From: Phoronis australis
Lineage: Eukaryota > Animalia > Phoronida
Reading direction: 5' to 3'
Assembly: GCA_002633005.1 (NCBI GenBank)
Contig: NMRA01000426.1
Span: forward strand, 3,481-67,480
DNA: 64,000 nucleotides
The position numbers and the translations under genes were made by a program. The notes beneath the pieces were generated by a model, which saw nothing but the letters and a program-made list of their open reading frames with translations, had not been told where the DNA came from and made no database searches. Shown here in pieces: positions 54,401 to 64,000 of the stretch (position 1 is the first letter of the stretch; every line of letters starts with the position of its first letter).

Positions 54401-56952
54401 ATACAAAGAACTTTGGATTCCTGTCGAGGGAGAAGATCTGTACAGGAAAGATACAATACAATCACTTTGAAAAATGCACTGCATATGTTCTGAAAGGCCA
54501 GACCATAATAGGGCACGTCCCTCGCAAAATCAGCAAAACGTTTGCGTTCTTTTTGAAGCAAGGCGGAAGTTTGAAGTGTATAGTCACGGCTAAATACTGA
54601 CGTAGTGGTGATGCTCGTGGTCCACAAACTCCGCGCACAATTATATTTTTTCAGGACTGTCGAATCTTATTGATAGATTGAAGACGTTCTGTTATTAAGA
54701 ACTGTAGGTAAGGTATTGTTCGCATGTACACGGCGTTCATGGATTGGGCGTTTATTTTAGCAAAGTCTGAAAACGCTTTGGGGTGTGTTTATAGGGGCAT
54801 GGGCGCTTATTAGGGCAAATACGGTATATCTGTTTAGGAATCATACATACCGGTAGTTTCAACACTAAACTTATTCTCAGTTTTGGGTTACTCTTGAGAT
54901 CTGAGAGTGTAATTTGTTTTTCAAACCACCAAGTCTTTGTTGCATTATTAGACTGCACAAAATAAAGAATGATTGAGATACAATAGCTTGTGTTAGTACC
55001 ATAATTCAAACTAACTGTTATTCTCAACGTAAATGACGTATGAACGTATTCGCACATGACCATGTAGGTTGCGCATTACACTTCGGAGCGGTAAAATAAA
55101 GACAGTCATGTACCACATTTTTAGAAAAATTATTTTAGCTGAAGGTGTGCAGTAACAGATTGAACAATATTGGCAAACATTGAACAATATTAGTCAAACT
55201 TGAACAATCTGACACACTTATGAGCTGGAATAATTTTGCTCAGTGCAGATTATTCAAGCTTGATGAAGTTAGTGTCAATCATTTAAGAAAGGCATGCATA
55301 ACTTCAATGTAAGAGAGGTTATTAAAAGCACAACAGAGAACAAACCTTTGAAAGATTTCTCCAACCCAAGCTGATGTATAGCCTCGATGAGTTATCTCTA
55401 TGGCACATAACATTTATCTTACATGTAACATTCAGGTCTTGTCCAGCTATTACTTTTGGGTCATTGGGCATCAGCTCATCTCCTTTACAATACAAGAAAA
55501 GTCAGGCTTAGTTGCCTTAAAACTAATTAAAACTGATGGGACGGTCTTTATGATCTACAGCGTATCTGTAGACACCAATGAAAGGAAACATGTTTTAGTT
55601 GAGGGGAAGCTCTACAGTATATCTGTAGACACTCTGGAACGAGATATGGCTGAGTTGGTGGGAAGGTATACAATACATCAGTAGACACTCTAGAAGTAGA
55701 TATGGTCGAAGTTAATTTTTCTAATTTTCAGACGATTTCTCAATCGATGAACATCGGCAGATTACCAGGCGATGTTGTCTGATACAGACTGCGAACTGTC
55801 CAAAGGTAAGCTGGTTTCCTGTTGCTTTCATACAGCTGACTGGTTCTACCATCCATGCATCTTTAGGCTGGAAATTGCATGTTGAATAGGAAGATTTGCA
55901 TGGAGCCTTTACTGTAGAAACAAGCTTGTGCAGAACAAAGGTGCTCCTTATCATTGCAACTGACACATGGAATGAACATGTAATCACATTATTGTAGGAA
56001 GTTGCTGAGCAGTATAACTGATCTTTAGTGATACATCATCCATAAGTGCTTGTGCAGCAAATGTAAGTCTAAGATGATGCAGGTGATCAGGTGTTTACTA
56101 CTGGGCTTTTCTAATTAATTTTCAAGGAGAGAATAAAAATAGAGCATCAAGATTACATTCAGTGTTGTTTTGGTGTCATCTTTAAGTTGATCAATTTGAT
56201 TGTTCATCAACTGCATATTAAGTTCATTCACAGTGGCTGAACATCTAAGTTCTTAAACAGACCGTGAACTGAGAAATTCAACTGTGCCTGTTAGTAATTG
56301 TGAACTGATCAAGAAATATAACTCCATGAAGTACATGCACATTTTAAGAATTTATAACAGCCAGGAAAATTAAGTACGAATGAATATGCTATAACTGGGA
56401 GATGTTTGTAATGATCAACAACCACACATTGTAACAGAAAGAACTTAGAAAGTTTTCACATGCTTGTAAAAAGAAAAGATTGAGGATCTTTCTAATAATC
56501 AATCAAGATATACCAAATACTACCACACAACAGAAAGAAGTAAGTTTTCATGTGTTTGCAAAAAGAACACAGAGAGATGTTTGCAATGAATAAGTACAAA
56601 ATAACATCTTTTAGATTTATATTCAGTGCACAAGCGCTTATAACTAACATATCACTTAAGATCGGCAAGCTGCATTGATAAATAATGCCATTAATTTCAT
56701 CATGAATTGATCACTTAAATCAAATGAAATTTGGATATGTTGTTGGCGCCATTGTTTTGTGATGAATGTGCATTGTTCCTTTATGACAAATTTTACTAAA
56801 AATATAAATACAAACTTACCTATAAGAAATATAAATTATTATTACTTACCAATACAAAACTTTGTTCTTGAAGCAGAGATGTGTACAACAGCCAAAAGAA
56901 TCAGCAAAGTTAATGTTGTGTTCAGTATTGGATCACAAGAACTGGAAGACAT
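11375..56952 (-). CDS. gp130/Domeless-like class I cytokine receptor (multi-exon, about 18-21 coding exons)
   Basis: Exons join in phase through GT-AG sites and give SP - Ig - CHR (CIDYQTSRLNCTW ... YWSNPS) - FN3 x~4 - TM - W..VP..P Box1-like - Ser-rich tail. The segment PVKAPALPSGGYIWVSKSTVRIYWQ/ALDDRDHNGLLVGYRL resembles the FN3 that follows the CHR in gp130/Dome. The family call is by motif recognition, not a database search. Confidence 0.85.
11773..11941 (-). repeat. Coding 36-bp repeat, about 4.7 copies (GGEGDSHACDCK)
   Basis: aggcatgtgagccaccctctccacccttacagtcac; array abuts the n at 11772. Confidence 0.9.
12216..12322 (-). repeat. Coding 36-bp repeat, 3 copies (MEVNNTHSASTK)
   Basis: ttggtgctggctgaatgtgtgttgttcacttccatc. 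Confidence 0.9.
12915..12933 (-). CDS. Candidate 19-nt microexon (GLKGIN)
   Basis: gtcacag|GTCTCAAAGGAATCAACAG|gtgaaa; supplies the phase 1 to 2 shift needed to reach the terminal exon. Confidence 0.3.
13483..13560 (-). CDS. Candidate cytoplasmic exon (GMYVDHDHLALSSCNVTDVFLMKLTT)
   Basis: gtcacag| phase 1, ACAG|gtgacc phase 1; contains a Tyr motif. Confidence 0.45.
13654..14550. mobile_element. Dispersed repeat (unclassified TE)
   Basis: 13654-14310 matches the reverse complement of about 34866-35511; 14370-14545 matches about 205-350. Confidence 0.75.
14679..14772 (-). CDS. Receptor exon: cytoplasmic (SAGVCSQQVTAKASSSAPLLCESTSPSVDVK)
   Basis: tgtcag| phase 0, G|gtacgt phase 1; open and Ser-rich. 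Confidence 0.7.
14992..15298. repeat. Inverted repeat with arms of about 97 bp (14992-15089 / 15202-15298), Penelope-like remnant
   Basis: The arms are reverse complements with few mismatches; spacer about 112 bp. Confidence 0.85.
15229..15270 (+). ncRNA. Minimal type I hammerhead ribozyme (Penelope-type)
   Basis: CTT-CTGATGA-T-GGTGTT(tcaatc)AATGCC-GAAA-CATG-TC-AAG: intact core, stem II, palindromic 4-nt stem III, GUC site. Confidence 0.75.
16183..16249 (-). CDS. Receptor exon: juxtamembrane Box1-like segment (FWIKESRRVPKKFHYPDEAGER)
   Basis: ccacag| phase 2, |gtaaga phase 0. Confidence 0.85.
16691..16857 (-). CDS. Receptor exon: end of FN3 and transmembrane helix (VLTTVVIVVVAISCLLAGTCIVSLGYA-TRR)
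   Basis: Hydrophobic run of about 25 aa followed by basic residues; ttgaag| phase 0, AG|gtgagt phase 2. Confidence 0.9.
16856..17248. repeat. 60-70-bp minisatellite, 6 copies, overlapping the TM-exon splice acceptor
   Basis: accttcaatagagaacaaaa(taaaa)cataaacaaatttagttaaatcctaactgaacatcagaga. Confidence 0.9.
17392..19140 (-). mobile_element. HINE-like element (apparently full length)
   Basis: Both ends present; subTIR gcgcccac/gtgggcgc; GTCY microsatellite; internal gccactag-anchored repeats of about 145 bp. Confidence 0.8.
20304..20503 (-). CDS. Receptor exon: membrane-proximal FN3-like domain (IRDIDLSWDSSQVTITCPPP...NYKEYF)
   Basis: ttttcag| phase 1, |gtaagt phase 0. Confidence 0.8.
21609..22986. 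mobile_element. PIF/Harbinger-type non-autonomous element
   Basis: Perfect 25-bp TIR GGCCCGGTCTCCAATCTCCGTACTC; CAG flanks both ends. Confidence 0.85.
23200..23367 (-). CDS. Receptor exon: FN3 (D6) C-part (RYKLSDVVPGTSYIVWVEINTTRG)
   Basis: L-x-x-V-x-PGTSY-x-V-x-V FN3 motif; ttttcag| and A|gtgagt; phase 1 to 1. Confidence 0.85.
23710..27191 (-). mobile_element. HINE-like element (assembled twice, gapped) with a nested hAT-type MITE
   Basis: aacaagag ends at 23710 and 25043; hairpin end at about 27190; nested cagggcttggaat (24578) ... attccaagccctg (26853) with CAACTA direct repeat. Confidence 0.7.
27252..27403. repeat. About 62-bp minisatellite running into a gap
   Basis: gtgacaagtggcgccctc...catataaaagttgaactcact repeated. 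Confidence 0.75.
29366..29530. repeat. 55-bp tandem repeat, 3 identical copies
   Basis: gacatggttgcagtaaacaaagcctggcaaaagtatgcattacaagcctacacaa. Confidence 0.95.
29745..29762 (-). CDS. Candidate 18-nt microexon (E-ARNVT)
   Basis: atttacag|AAGCACGTAATGTAACTG|gtgagt; symmetric phase 1; resembles an FN3 A-strand. Confidence 0.4.
30250..30935 (-). mobile_element. Old, diverged HINE-like copy
   Basis: Residual cactagggg, aaattgcca and gacggcatcatgatgcgtccac motifs. Confidence 0.5.
31065..31248 (-). CDS. Receptor exon: FN3 (D5) C-part (GPVHYIEVEANRTS...GITWSKCIYP)
   Basis: tttcag| phase 0, G|gtatac phase 1; G-I-x-W-x-x-C end resembles Dome-type FN3 ends. Confidence 0.8.
31617..31762 (-). CDS. 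Receptor exon: FN3 (D5) N-part (IHVLWRPPKMELVIKGYVLYLC)
   Basis: V-x-W-x-P-P ... GY-x-L-Y-x-C; phase 1 to 0; |gtgagt donor. Confidence 0.85.
31860..33860. repeat. About 105-bp minisatellite split by a transposon insertion
   Basis: Units at 31860-32208 resume in register at 33683-33860. Confidence 0.85.
32209..33682. mobile_element. DNA transposon derivative with a THAP remnant
   Basis: TIR GACCTAA(T/C)TCACGC flanked by TATA; FKIPKDIEIQKRWVVAINR (about 32330-32390, + strand) is THAP-like. Confidence 0.75.
33910..34108 (-). CDS. Receptor exon: FN3 (D4) C-part (ALDDRDHNGLLVGYRL...YVIDLRSVNNVGQS)
   Basis: NG-x-x-x-GY and N-x-x-G-x-S FN3 motifs; phase 0 to 1. Confidence 0.9.
36215..36578. repeat. 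33-bp minisatellite, about 11 copies (degenerate copies at 34255-34360)
   Basis: tagattcaggttccatgcatatgactagacaag. Confidence 0.9.
36623..36699 (-). CDS. Receptor exon: FN3 (D4) N-part (PVKAPALPSGGYIWVSKSTVRIYWQ)
   Basis: atttcag| and |gtaggt; phase 1 to 0. Confidence 0.85.
37084..39665. mobile_element. Tc1/mariner-pogo-like non-autonomous element (partly duplicated by assembly)
   Basis: ccgtgctcg...ccgccca / tgggcgg...cgagcacgg|ta termini; internal repeat of gctcg.cttaccgcccacccc. Confidence 0.55.
38810..39214. mobile_element. hAT MITE with 8-bp TSD
   Basis: cttggttg|caggccttta ... taaaggcctg|cttggttg; related inverted end at about 63549-63630. Confidence 0.9.
41216..41381 (-). CDS. Receptor exon: CHR D3 C-half (SVTISGLVPNTQYTFCVTA...LYWSNPS...VTTP)
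   Basis: GL-x-P-x-T-x-Y FN3 motif and WSXWS-like YWSNPS; gttttag| and |gtttgt; phase 0 to 1; not in the ORF track. Confidence 0.9.
41480..41985. repeat. 46-bp minisatellite, about 11 copies
   Basis: accaccatacaggatggaggtactgttcattgtctatcaagtagtt. Confidence 0.95.
43113..43264 (-). CDS. Receptor exon: CHR D3 N-half (LANKMEAVTARALSSDTVELSWNF...FKVQY)
   Basis: FN3 L-S-W and V-Q-Y strands; ttttgcag| and |gtgagt; phase 1 to 0. Confidence 0.85.
43863..44074 (-). CDS. Receptor exon: CHR D2 C-half (DNCYIGFSRAEYFECPDYTN...FSCQL...)
   Basis: Phase 2 to 1, matching both neighbours; second Cys pair of the CHR (ECP...SC). Confidence 0.8.
45140..46240 (-). mobile_element. HINE-like element
   Basis: aacaagagcaacgcggagcgttg end, internal repeats, (cgga)n tract. 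Confidence 0.8.
50411..50540 (-). CDS. Receptor exon: CHR domain D2 N-half (APYRANMTCIDYQTSRLNCTWSYP...)
   Basis: Class I cytokine-receptor C-x9-C-x-W signature; ttttacag| and |gtaagt; phase 1 to 2. Confidence 0.9.
50900..50990 (+). pseudogene. THAP-domain N-terminal remnant (YCCAVGCTSD...FP)
   Basis: C-x-V-x-C ... FP pattern; fragment only. Confidence 0.45.
51266..51422 (-). CDS. Receptor exon: Ig domain C-half (EFITVLSEDTVEARIPGLTLMDDGKLIRCKV...)
   Basis: Phase 0 to 1; D-x-G-x-x-x-x-C motif; cctcag| and |gtgagg. Confidence 0.8.
51792..53450 (+). mobile_element. Kolobok-type non-autonomous transposon with a THAP remnant
   Basis: TTAA|AGGAGAATGCCAC ... GTGGCATGCTCCT|TTAA; ORF 51957-52241 has a C..F..LP....RKW...VC THAP pattern. 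Confidence 0.8.
55346..55482 (-). CDS. Receptor exon: Ig domain N-half (DELMPNDPKVIAGQDLNVTCKIN...GWRNLSK)
   Basis: Phase 1 to 0; V-x-x-G-x-x-L-x-V-T-C Ig motif; tgtaaag| and |gtttgt. Confidence 0.8.
56850..56952 (-). CDS. Receptor exon: start codon and signal peptide (MSSSSCDPILNTTLTLLILLAVVHISASRTKFCI)
   Basis: catttcag|ATG acceptor, G|gtaagt phase-1 donor, hydrophobic core; implies further 5' UTR exon(s) upstream. Confidence 0.8.
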
Positions 56953-58313
56953 CTGAAATGTGTAATGAACAGCAATTAACATGATGAGCTTGACTTGGCA
57001 ATTAGTGGCTTGTGAAACACAACCTCAGACTGTTGGTGGAAACTTCAGCTAGAACCTCGATCACAAATAAATTATTGTCAGGAGTAGACTGACACTGGCC
57101 TTAAGTTTAAAAGTTTATATTTTATTGTAGCAGTTATGCTTGTGTACTAGCAGATAGCACATGACTGATGGGTCACAAAGGAGGTTAGAACAGCCATGAT
57201 GTAAGTTGTCTACCATAGAACAGTTGGGAACATTGTAGAATATTCTAGTATCTTAGTAATTAATGCACTCAGAAACATTCTACAGCCTCATATGTTTGTA
57301 GAGTGATTGGGTAGATTCCAGAAAATTCTAGAATGTGCTTGAATTTGTGAAAAGTTCCAGAACATAAATACTCCGGCATTAGCCAACTGAAACCTCAAAA
57401 ACTAAGAAAATATATGGTGGAAACTCTTTAAACTAACTTCATGCGACGTCACGCTGTCATATTAGTATTTCTACCAGTAAACATTGCGTTCACTGTTCTG
57501 CCATTTTAAGAAAACAACTGTAAATAATATCGAATGTTGGTTCGTTGGTTTTGGAGTTTTCAATATATATGTCTGATCTGCTCTCAAACAGCCTCGCTGT
57601 GCCATTCAAAATTGTGTACAGAATATGCTAGTCTATAATTATTTGTGAATATTAACCCTTGCAGTGCTATACAAGTTTTTGCTGATAGTTAATTCGAGTG
57701 AATATGTAGAGTTAATGGTGCCGTTTATGTAATAAATTTACTTGCCATTTATTGCCTGTTAGTACTAATTATTATTACCATAATCTAGGTCAATTCACTT
57801 ACTATAACATTTTCTTTTTTTACAATAACCTACATTAATCCAATTATCAACAACATTAATCCAAAAATGACACAAACAATTAATTAGCAGAAACTTGAGC
57901 TGTCCAAGAACTTGTACATGGGCCTGACTCATGTTCAAATGTGTCCACTCCCAACTGCCTGTGTGATAATACTGTTCTCATAAACCAAATCCATACCATA
58001 TTGACCAGATCTTCCTTTAAACACTATTACTTCAATGGGTAAAGTTGAAATAAACTTCGGAAATGAAGCTTTCAGAAGATTATGCTGTTTAAGCCATAAA
58101 ATCTTCAGAAATATAAAACTTTGTAACACAATAAATCAGGCCAAGACCTGGTGCATTGCTGTCTTTATGGCGTTGATGTATGCAGTGATGTTGTTTCTCT
58201 TCAATTATCAAATTTTCTTCACATCAATTCCCACATATACACGTATTTATGTTTGACATATGTACCAACAATAAAAAATACGTGCATCATAAGCTCATTT
58301 CCAGAGATGAAAC

Positions 58314-58402
58314 GGTGACCACAGGTTGGTGACCCCAGGTTGGTGACCCCAGGTTGGTGACCCCAGGTTGGTGACCCCAGGTTGGTGACCCCAGGTTGGT
58401 GA
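58314..58402. repeat. 14-bp tandem repeat, 6 copies
   Basis: ggtgaccccaggtt. Confidence 0.95.
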
Positions 58403-58745
58403 AATACGGTCACTTAAAGCATAGTAGAATACAAGTACAGATTTAAATAAGAATGAAAATAAATATGTAAAAAATAATCATTTCTGGTCAGCTAGGCAAT
58501 AAAAAAGGAGAAACATGAGGTGTTAAGTGTGAGAGGAGGTATTGGATGGACTGAGAGGACTGTGCAGCTAACACAAGGAAATTGAAATGAAACATGTAAC
58601 GATACAATACCTTTAATAATGAAACAATCATCAGCCTGTGAGAGCTGTTACAGTTGGCGACGCTTGACTAAGATTGACGTTATCAGGTCATGAATGATGG
58701 TAAACAACTCACAGGCTTATTTACAAGTGAAACTATAGCTTAGTT

Positions 58746-59734
58746 GTTGAAATATACAGTAAGCACCATATTATGTTGAAATATACGGTAAGCATCATAT
58801 TATGTTGAAATATACGGTAAGCACCATATTATGTTGAAATATACGGTAAGCACCATATTATGTTGAAATATACGGTAAGCACCATATTATGTTGAAATAT
58901 ACGGTNNNNNNNNNNNNNNNNNNNNNNNNNNNNNNNNNNNNNNNNNNNNNNNNNNNNNNNNNNNNNNNNNNNNNNNNNNNNNNNNNNNNNNNNNNNNNNN
59001 NNNNNNNNNNNNNNNNNNNNNNNNNNNNNNNNNNNNNNNNNNNNNNNNNNNNNNNNNNNNNNNNNNNNNNNNNNNNNNNNNNNNNNNNNNNNNNNNNNNN
59101 NNNNNNNNNNNNNNNNNNNNNNNNNNNNNNNNNNNNNNNNNNNNNNNNNNNNNNNNNNNNNNNNNNNNNNNNNNNNNNNNNNNNNNNNNNNNNNNNNNNN
59201 NNNNNNNNNNNNNNNNNNNNNNNNNNNNNNNNNNNNNNNNNNNNNNNNNNNNNNNNNNNNNNNNNNNNNNNNNNNNNNNNNNNNNNNNNNNNNNNNNNNN
59301 NNNNNNNNNNNNNNNNNNNNNNNNNNNNNNNNNNNNNNNNNNNNNNNNNTTTGAAAAGAAGAACCAACACTTGTTGGGAACGGTCTTTGTGCGTCGACGG
59401 CGCACATTTCTTATTGGAAAACCCAGATTTTCAAAAATTAATCGCTCAGACCATTTGAGTCTCATTTACCTGCAATTATACTGCTATCAAATGACCGAGC
59501 CAGCATTGTTGATACTACGACCGCTCATCGAAATAATGTACACCCACTAAATTCGGACACTAGCGGAAACCCAAATTTGGAGGTCCGCCAAATTCGGACA
59601 CCACAAAATGATATTTCGCGAGATTCGTCCAAGAATGAATTTTTTCTATTGGAATTAATTTTCAGTGTCCGAAAATCACGCGACTTTACTGTAAGCACCA
59701 TATTATGTTGAAATATACGGTAAGCACCATATTA
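58746..59734. repeat. 29-bp minisatellite interrupted by a gap and a TA-flanked MITE end
   Basis: gtaagcaccatattatgttgaaatatacg; the array resumes after ...cgactttactg|ta at about 59692. Confidence 0.8.
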
Positions 59735-61778
59735 GGTTTCTCACAAATGTTTATGACCCTGAATGAAATGTGAATGTTGGGTTGTGACCAAAAGTTACTT
59801 TGGATAAAGTAATTGAATAAACTGCATATTTACAGCACGTTTACCCACAAGTTCATTTTGTACATTGAATAATGTTTAGAAAAAACTAAAAAATTATTAA
59901 GAGAAATTTTGAGCATTTTAATAAGTATTTCAAAAGGGTAAGGTTGCCTTAATCTCTCTCCAGCATGCATAGCCTGTGACTACTAAAGACATAGAGATGA
60001 AATTATGTTCAAACACATCTGATAAAGTACAGCTAAACTCCCGGAGCTGCCAGAACGAAGCATTGAAAGCACAATCTACCAATCATGACACAAGTTATTT
60101 TGAGATTGGAGGGGGTAACTAGTCCCCATAGTGGTTTATTAGAATTTTGCAGAGTTTGTATATAGTAAGTGTTGGTCACACAGGCCTATGACATGCAAGG
60201 CCAGTGAAAGCAGTTCTTTGTGAACTCTGCTCATACAACTGCACCAGTTGGATTGTCTAACAGCTTAACAAAGGCGTAACGTGCTAAAAAGATATTCATT
60301 TTATTACCCTATATGTATTTTGAATAGCCGAGCCTTGAATGAGACTTCAGAAACATGAGAATAAATATTATGCTTTTTAAGTAATGCAGTATAGAAAATA
60401 CATTGAGAGAAGGCACAATTAAGTAAGCAGTTAAAACAAAAGGAAGTTTGAATACACGTGTAACAGGAAGGCTCTCGCTGTTGCATGACTTCTCTCTCAG
60501 ATTATCTCACATTTGTGGCCGATTCAAAAACAGAAACCATCTTCAAAGTAAAAACTGAGTCGTAATGTACTTAGTCATAGATGCAAAACTCGTCCTGCCG
60601 GCTTAGCTATACTGTTTGTGCAAAAATATGACAAGTGCACAATCACCGACAGCAAGAAAAATTAAAAAAGGGTTAACTATCGACTGAAATCACATGAAAT
60701 ACGATAAAAGACTTTGAATGCTGATTACATTTCCGCTCCACCTGTTTAGAGATCTCCATTAGAATAAGCAGGTTCAATAAGCAGTGCAAACATCCCCGTG
60801 GACGGAGAGAGGGGGGACCAGGAAGCAGTGGGGGTAATGGGCGGTAACTTTAGAAATCTTATATTCAGGTGTTTACCATGATCACTGCCATTTGAAATTA
60901 CGTTGGACAGTGATAATGGTGTACCAGCCTATCTGTTAAAGCTCACAACTTAGAAGATTTCAGGAAGACACTACAGGGCTCTGCTCCTTTCATACTGCCA
61001 ACATCATTGTCTTGCATTCTTTTATGTTCCTCTTTCTCCTGACTAGCATTTTATTTAATACTGCTGAAGAAAAACATTTGGTTTTTAAGATATCTACTGT
61101 CCATATTTATTTTCATTTATGTGACATTGTTTCATTGTCAGAATGAAAACACAGCATGTGAACAGAGTGGTACTACCAGGACATAACACAATGTGCTGGA
61201 GGTGACATTCAATGTATCACAGTGAGATGCAACACCATGTGACTTCCTGCAACACCATGTGACCTTTAATCTGTCAAAGTCTACTAATTGAGAGTTGATG
61301 GATTGTGTTAATAATCAATCCAAATCCCTTGAAATGAGTTTAGGAAAAAACCCAAAGCACAAAATAACACTCATGTGGAAAAGTATAGCAGCTTGATAGG
61401 CTTTGAACTATTAAGTTATTTATTAGAGAACTTGTTAACACGTAGTTGACGAAAGACTACAAGGGGCATTTGCACATCAGTATTTGATGACTTGTTTATG
61501 GAATCATGTCACGCTGGTAAAGAAATTACTTTCATTCCAATCAGACTGTAAGTTCATTTTAACACCTCCAACAAGAAAATCAGTCAAAAAGTACAATAAA
61601 TATAATTGACATGAAATGTCTGATCAAAGACACTACAGTGTCATGCAGACCAAGGCCTTCCATGAACCTTCATCATGGACTGTGATCACATGACTTACCT
61701 TTTGCTGATTTTGCAATGATTACACACATTAGTTGTTTTGCACAATTCCCAAACAAAAAACGAGAGAGAAACGAATTC

Positions 61779-63078
61779 AACAAGAGCAACGCAGAGCATT
61801 GATATGCACCCACGAATGCACCGCAAATGGTGTGCCTCTAGAGTCATTTATCTGCATCATATAAATGGCCACTAGATGGCGCAAAACGTCTAATCCATAA
61901 GAAAACAAAACATGCCATCACTTCTTCAATAGAAAGCTATTTACTAAATTTCACAAAAATCTGACAAAGAACTTCAGAGAAAAAAAAGAACAGAAAAAAT
62001 GAAACTGCCACTAGGGGGCACAGCATCCGCCTGAAAGTATTCATCTATTGTTAGCTTCCTTTAAATCTACTTACTAAACTTAATAAAGATCTAGCAGTGA
62101 GTTTAGGAGATACAGCTTTGGGCGCAAAACAAAACAAAATCATCACTAGGAGGCGCCAAAGTAGTCGACATCATCAACTGTCCTCTTCACACTGAGAACA
62201 TATGTCAATTTTCAAAAATCCTCCTTAGAATGGTTTGCTTGATAGAGGGGTGGACGCCAAAAAACAGACTCGCAAACAGTAAAAATGGACAATAGGTGGC
62301 GCAAAATACGTTGAATCCATCTGAAAATGGTAGAGTGGCATCAATTCTCCAATAGATGCCTATATTCCATACTTTACGAAACTCCATTGAGGACCTTTGA
62401 ATATACAGAGGTAAACGTAAAAAACTAAAATTGCCACTAGAAGGCACACAGGTGAAAAGATCCGTGCGAAAGTGGTCATTGTTTTCCGTTGTCAACATCA
62501 TATAAATGCACTTGCTAAATTTAGTAATGATCTTACAAACGGTTTAGGAGATGCAGCCATAGACGCATAAAAAAACTGCCACTAGGAGGTGCCGTAGTTA
62601 GTCGAAGGCATCGGAAAATCATCGTCAGCCATCCTCTTCCTAGTAAGAACATACATCCCAATTTTCACCATCATCCTTAGAACAATTTGGTTGATAGAGA
62701 GGAGGACGCCAAAAAAGCAGACTCCAAAACAGTAAAAATGGCCACTAGGTAGCGCAAACTACGTCGAATCCATCTGAAAACAAGAAGTTTGTGTCAACTC
62801 AATAATAGCTGCCTATATTCCAAATTTTGAAAAAATACATTGAGGACCTCCGAAGATACAGAGGTAAGTGGAAAAAACTAAAATTGCCACTAGAATGAAC
62901 ACCCGTAGTCAGAGAGGTCCGAAACTTTTCGTCACCGTCTTCAGCTTGATAGAAACATATCTATCAAATCTCATCAAGATCCTGCGAGGGGTATAGGAGA
63001 TACAGCTGCGGATGCCGGACGCCCAGACAGAGATGACGGCAATATGCGATCAAATATAAATATGACGGCGCATAAAAA
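61779..63078 (-). mobile_element. HINE-like element (apparently full length)
   Basis: Both termini; eight gccactag-anchored internal units. Confidence 0.8.
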
Positions 63079-63211
63079 TCTCGTTGCTGAAACAGGATGG
63101 ATGAACTTAAAAATAATTAAAATTCTTTCCAACTGGAGTCAATTTCCATATGCCTGATTGACTGTGTCCACATTAAAAAGAGATAGACTAGTATTAAAAC
63201 ATTCTGTCAAC

Positions 63212-63548
63212 ACACCTGTACACTGTATGATGAAGCTATGGCGCCCACCACACCTGCACACAATGTACGATGAAGCTATGGGGCCCATCACACCAGCACA
63301 TAATGTACGATGAAACCATGAATCCCACACTACCTGCAGGTATTGCATGATGAAGCCTTGGGGAAACCACACCTGCACACACTGGACGGTAAAGTCATGG
63401 GGCCCACCAAACTTGCACACACTGTATGGTGAAGCCTTGGGGCTTATCATACCAGCACACACTGTATGGTGAAGCCTTGGGGCTTATCATACCAGCACAC
63501 ACTGTATGGTGAAGCCATATGGCCCATCACACCTGCACACACTGTATG
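63212..63548. repeat. About 41-bp minisatellite, 8 copies
   Basis: cacactgtatggtgaagccttggggcttatcataccagca and diverged units. Confidence 0.85.
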
Positions 63549-64000
63549 CAGGCCTTCATGCAGTGTACGTCCTGGGCGTCCAGATGGACACCCTGGCACT
63601 AATCTGGACGTCCTGGCAAGGACACCCTGTCAATCAGAATTTCTCCAGCTTGGACAACCACATTGTAAGATTACTAGGACTCCCAGTTAATGAAAGATAG
63701 GCGATGGTTCAACTCCGAAAAAAATATACAATGTATATAAAATATTCAAACTATTAGTATTTAGTAATATAATGCCAATCATTAGCAGTGTTTGGTTGCC
63801 ACTGAGCGGTTACCAGTGCAGTCTCTGCTTTCAGCAATCTTAGTTTTAAATGCAATTCAGTACCTAATATAGGGACACAGACTTTGGTTAACTTCAAACT
63901 GGTGTTTCAAAGCTGCAGTTTCACATTTTTCAAAAGCCAAATAAATGTCATTATTTTAATAATATATTGTGCCATAAGAATATCCCCATTTAAAATGTTT

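Noticed and set aside
60730-60980. Possible LINE (CR1/L2) 3' remnant
   Set aside because: The similarity is too faint to support without a profile search.

Overview
AT-rich, repeat-dense animal (probably marine invertebrate) genomic DNA from a gapped draft assembly. Most long ORFs in the supplied track are noise. One multi-exon gene runs on the minus strand from 56952 to 11375. Manual splicing (GT-AG, phases checked) gives a gp130/Domeless-type class I cytokine receptor: signal peptide, Ig domain, cytokine-receptor homology region (C-x9-C-x-W; WSXWS changed to WSNPS), about four further FN3 domains, one TM helix, a Box1-like segment and a long Ser-rich tail with two coding minisatellites and DSGxxS degron motifs. 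Part of one FN3 domain and one or two small cytoplasmic exons are unresolved. Introns and flanks hold nested non-autonomous elements: Helentron/HINE-like elements with higher-order internal satellites, hAT-, Harbinger- and Kolobok-type elements, THAP remnants and many minisatellites. The most unusual items are (i) a miniature LTR retroelement (TRIM) with a tRNA-Ser primer-binding site, PPT and TSD whose LTRs carry a tRNA-like Pol III promoter, (ii) an inverted pair of Penelope-type minimal hammerhead ribozymes where only the gene-sense copy is mutated, and (iii) a minisatellite that multiplies the splice acceptor of the TM exon. Three direct duplications abut single-n junctions and are probably assembly artefacts.
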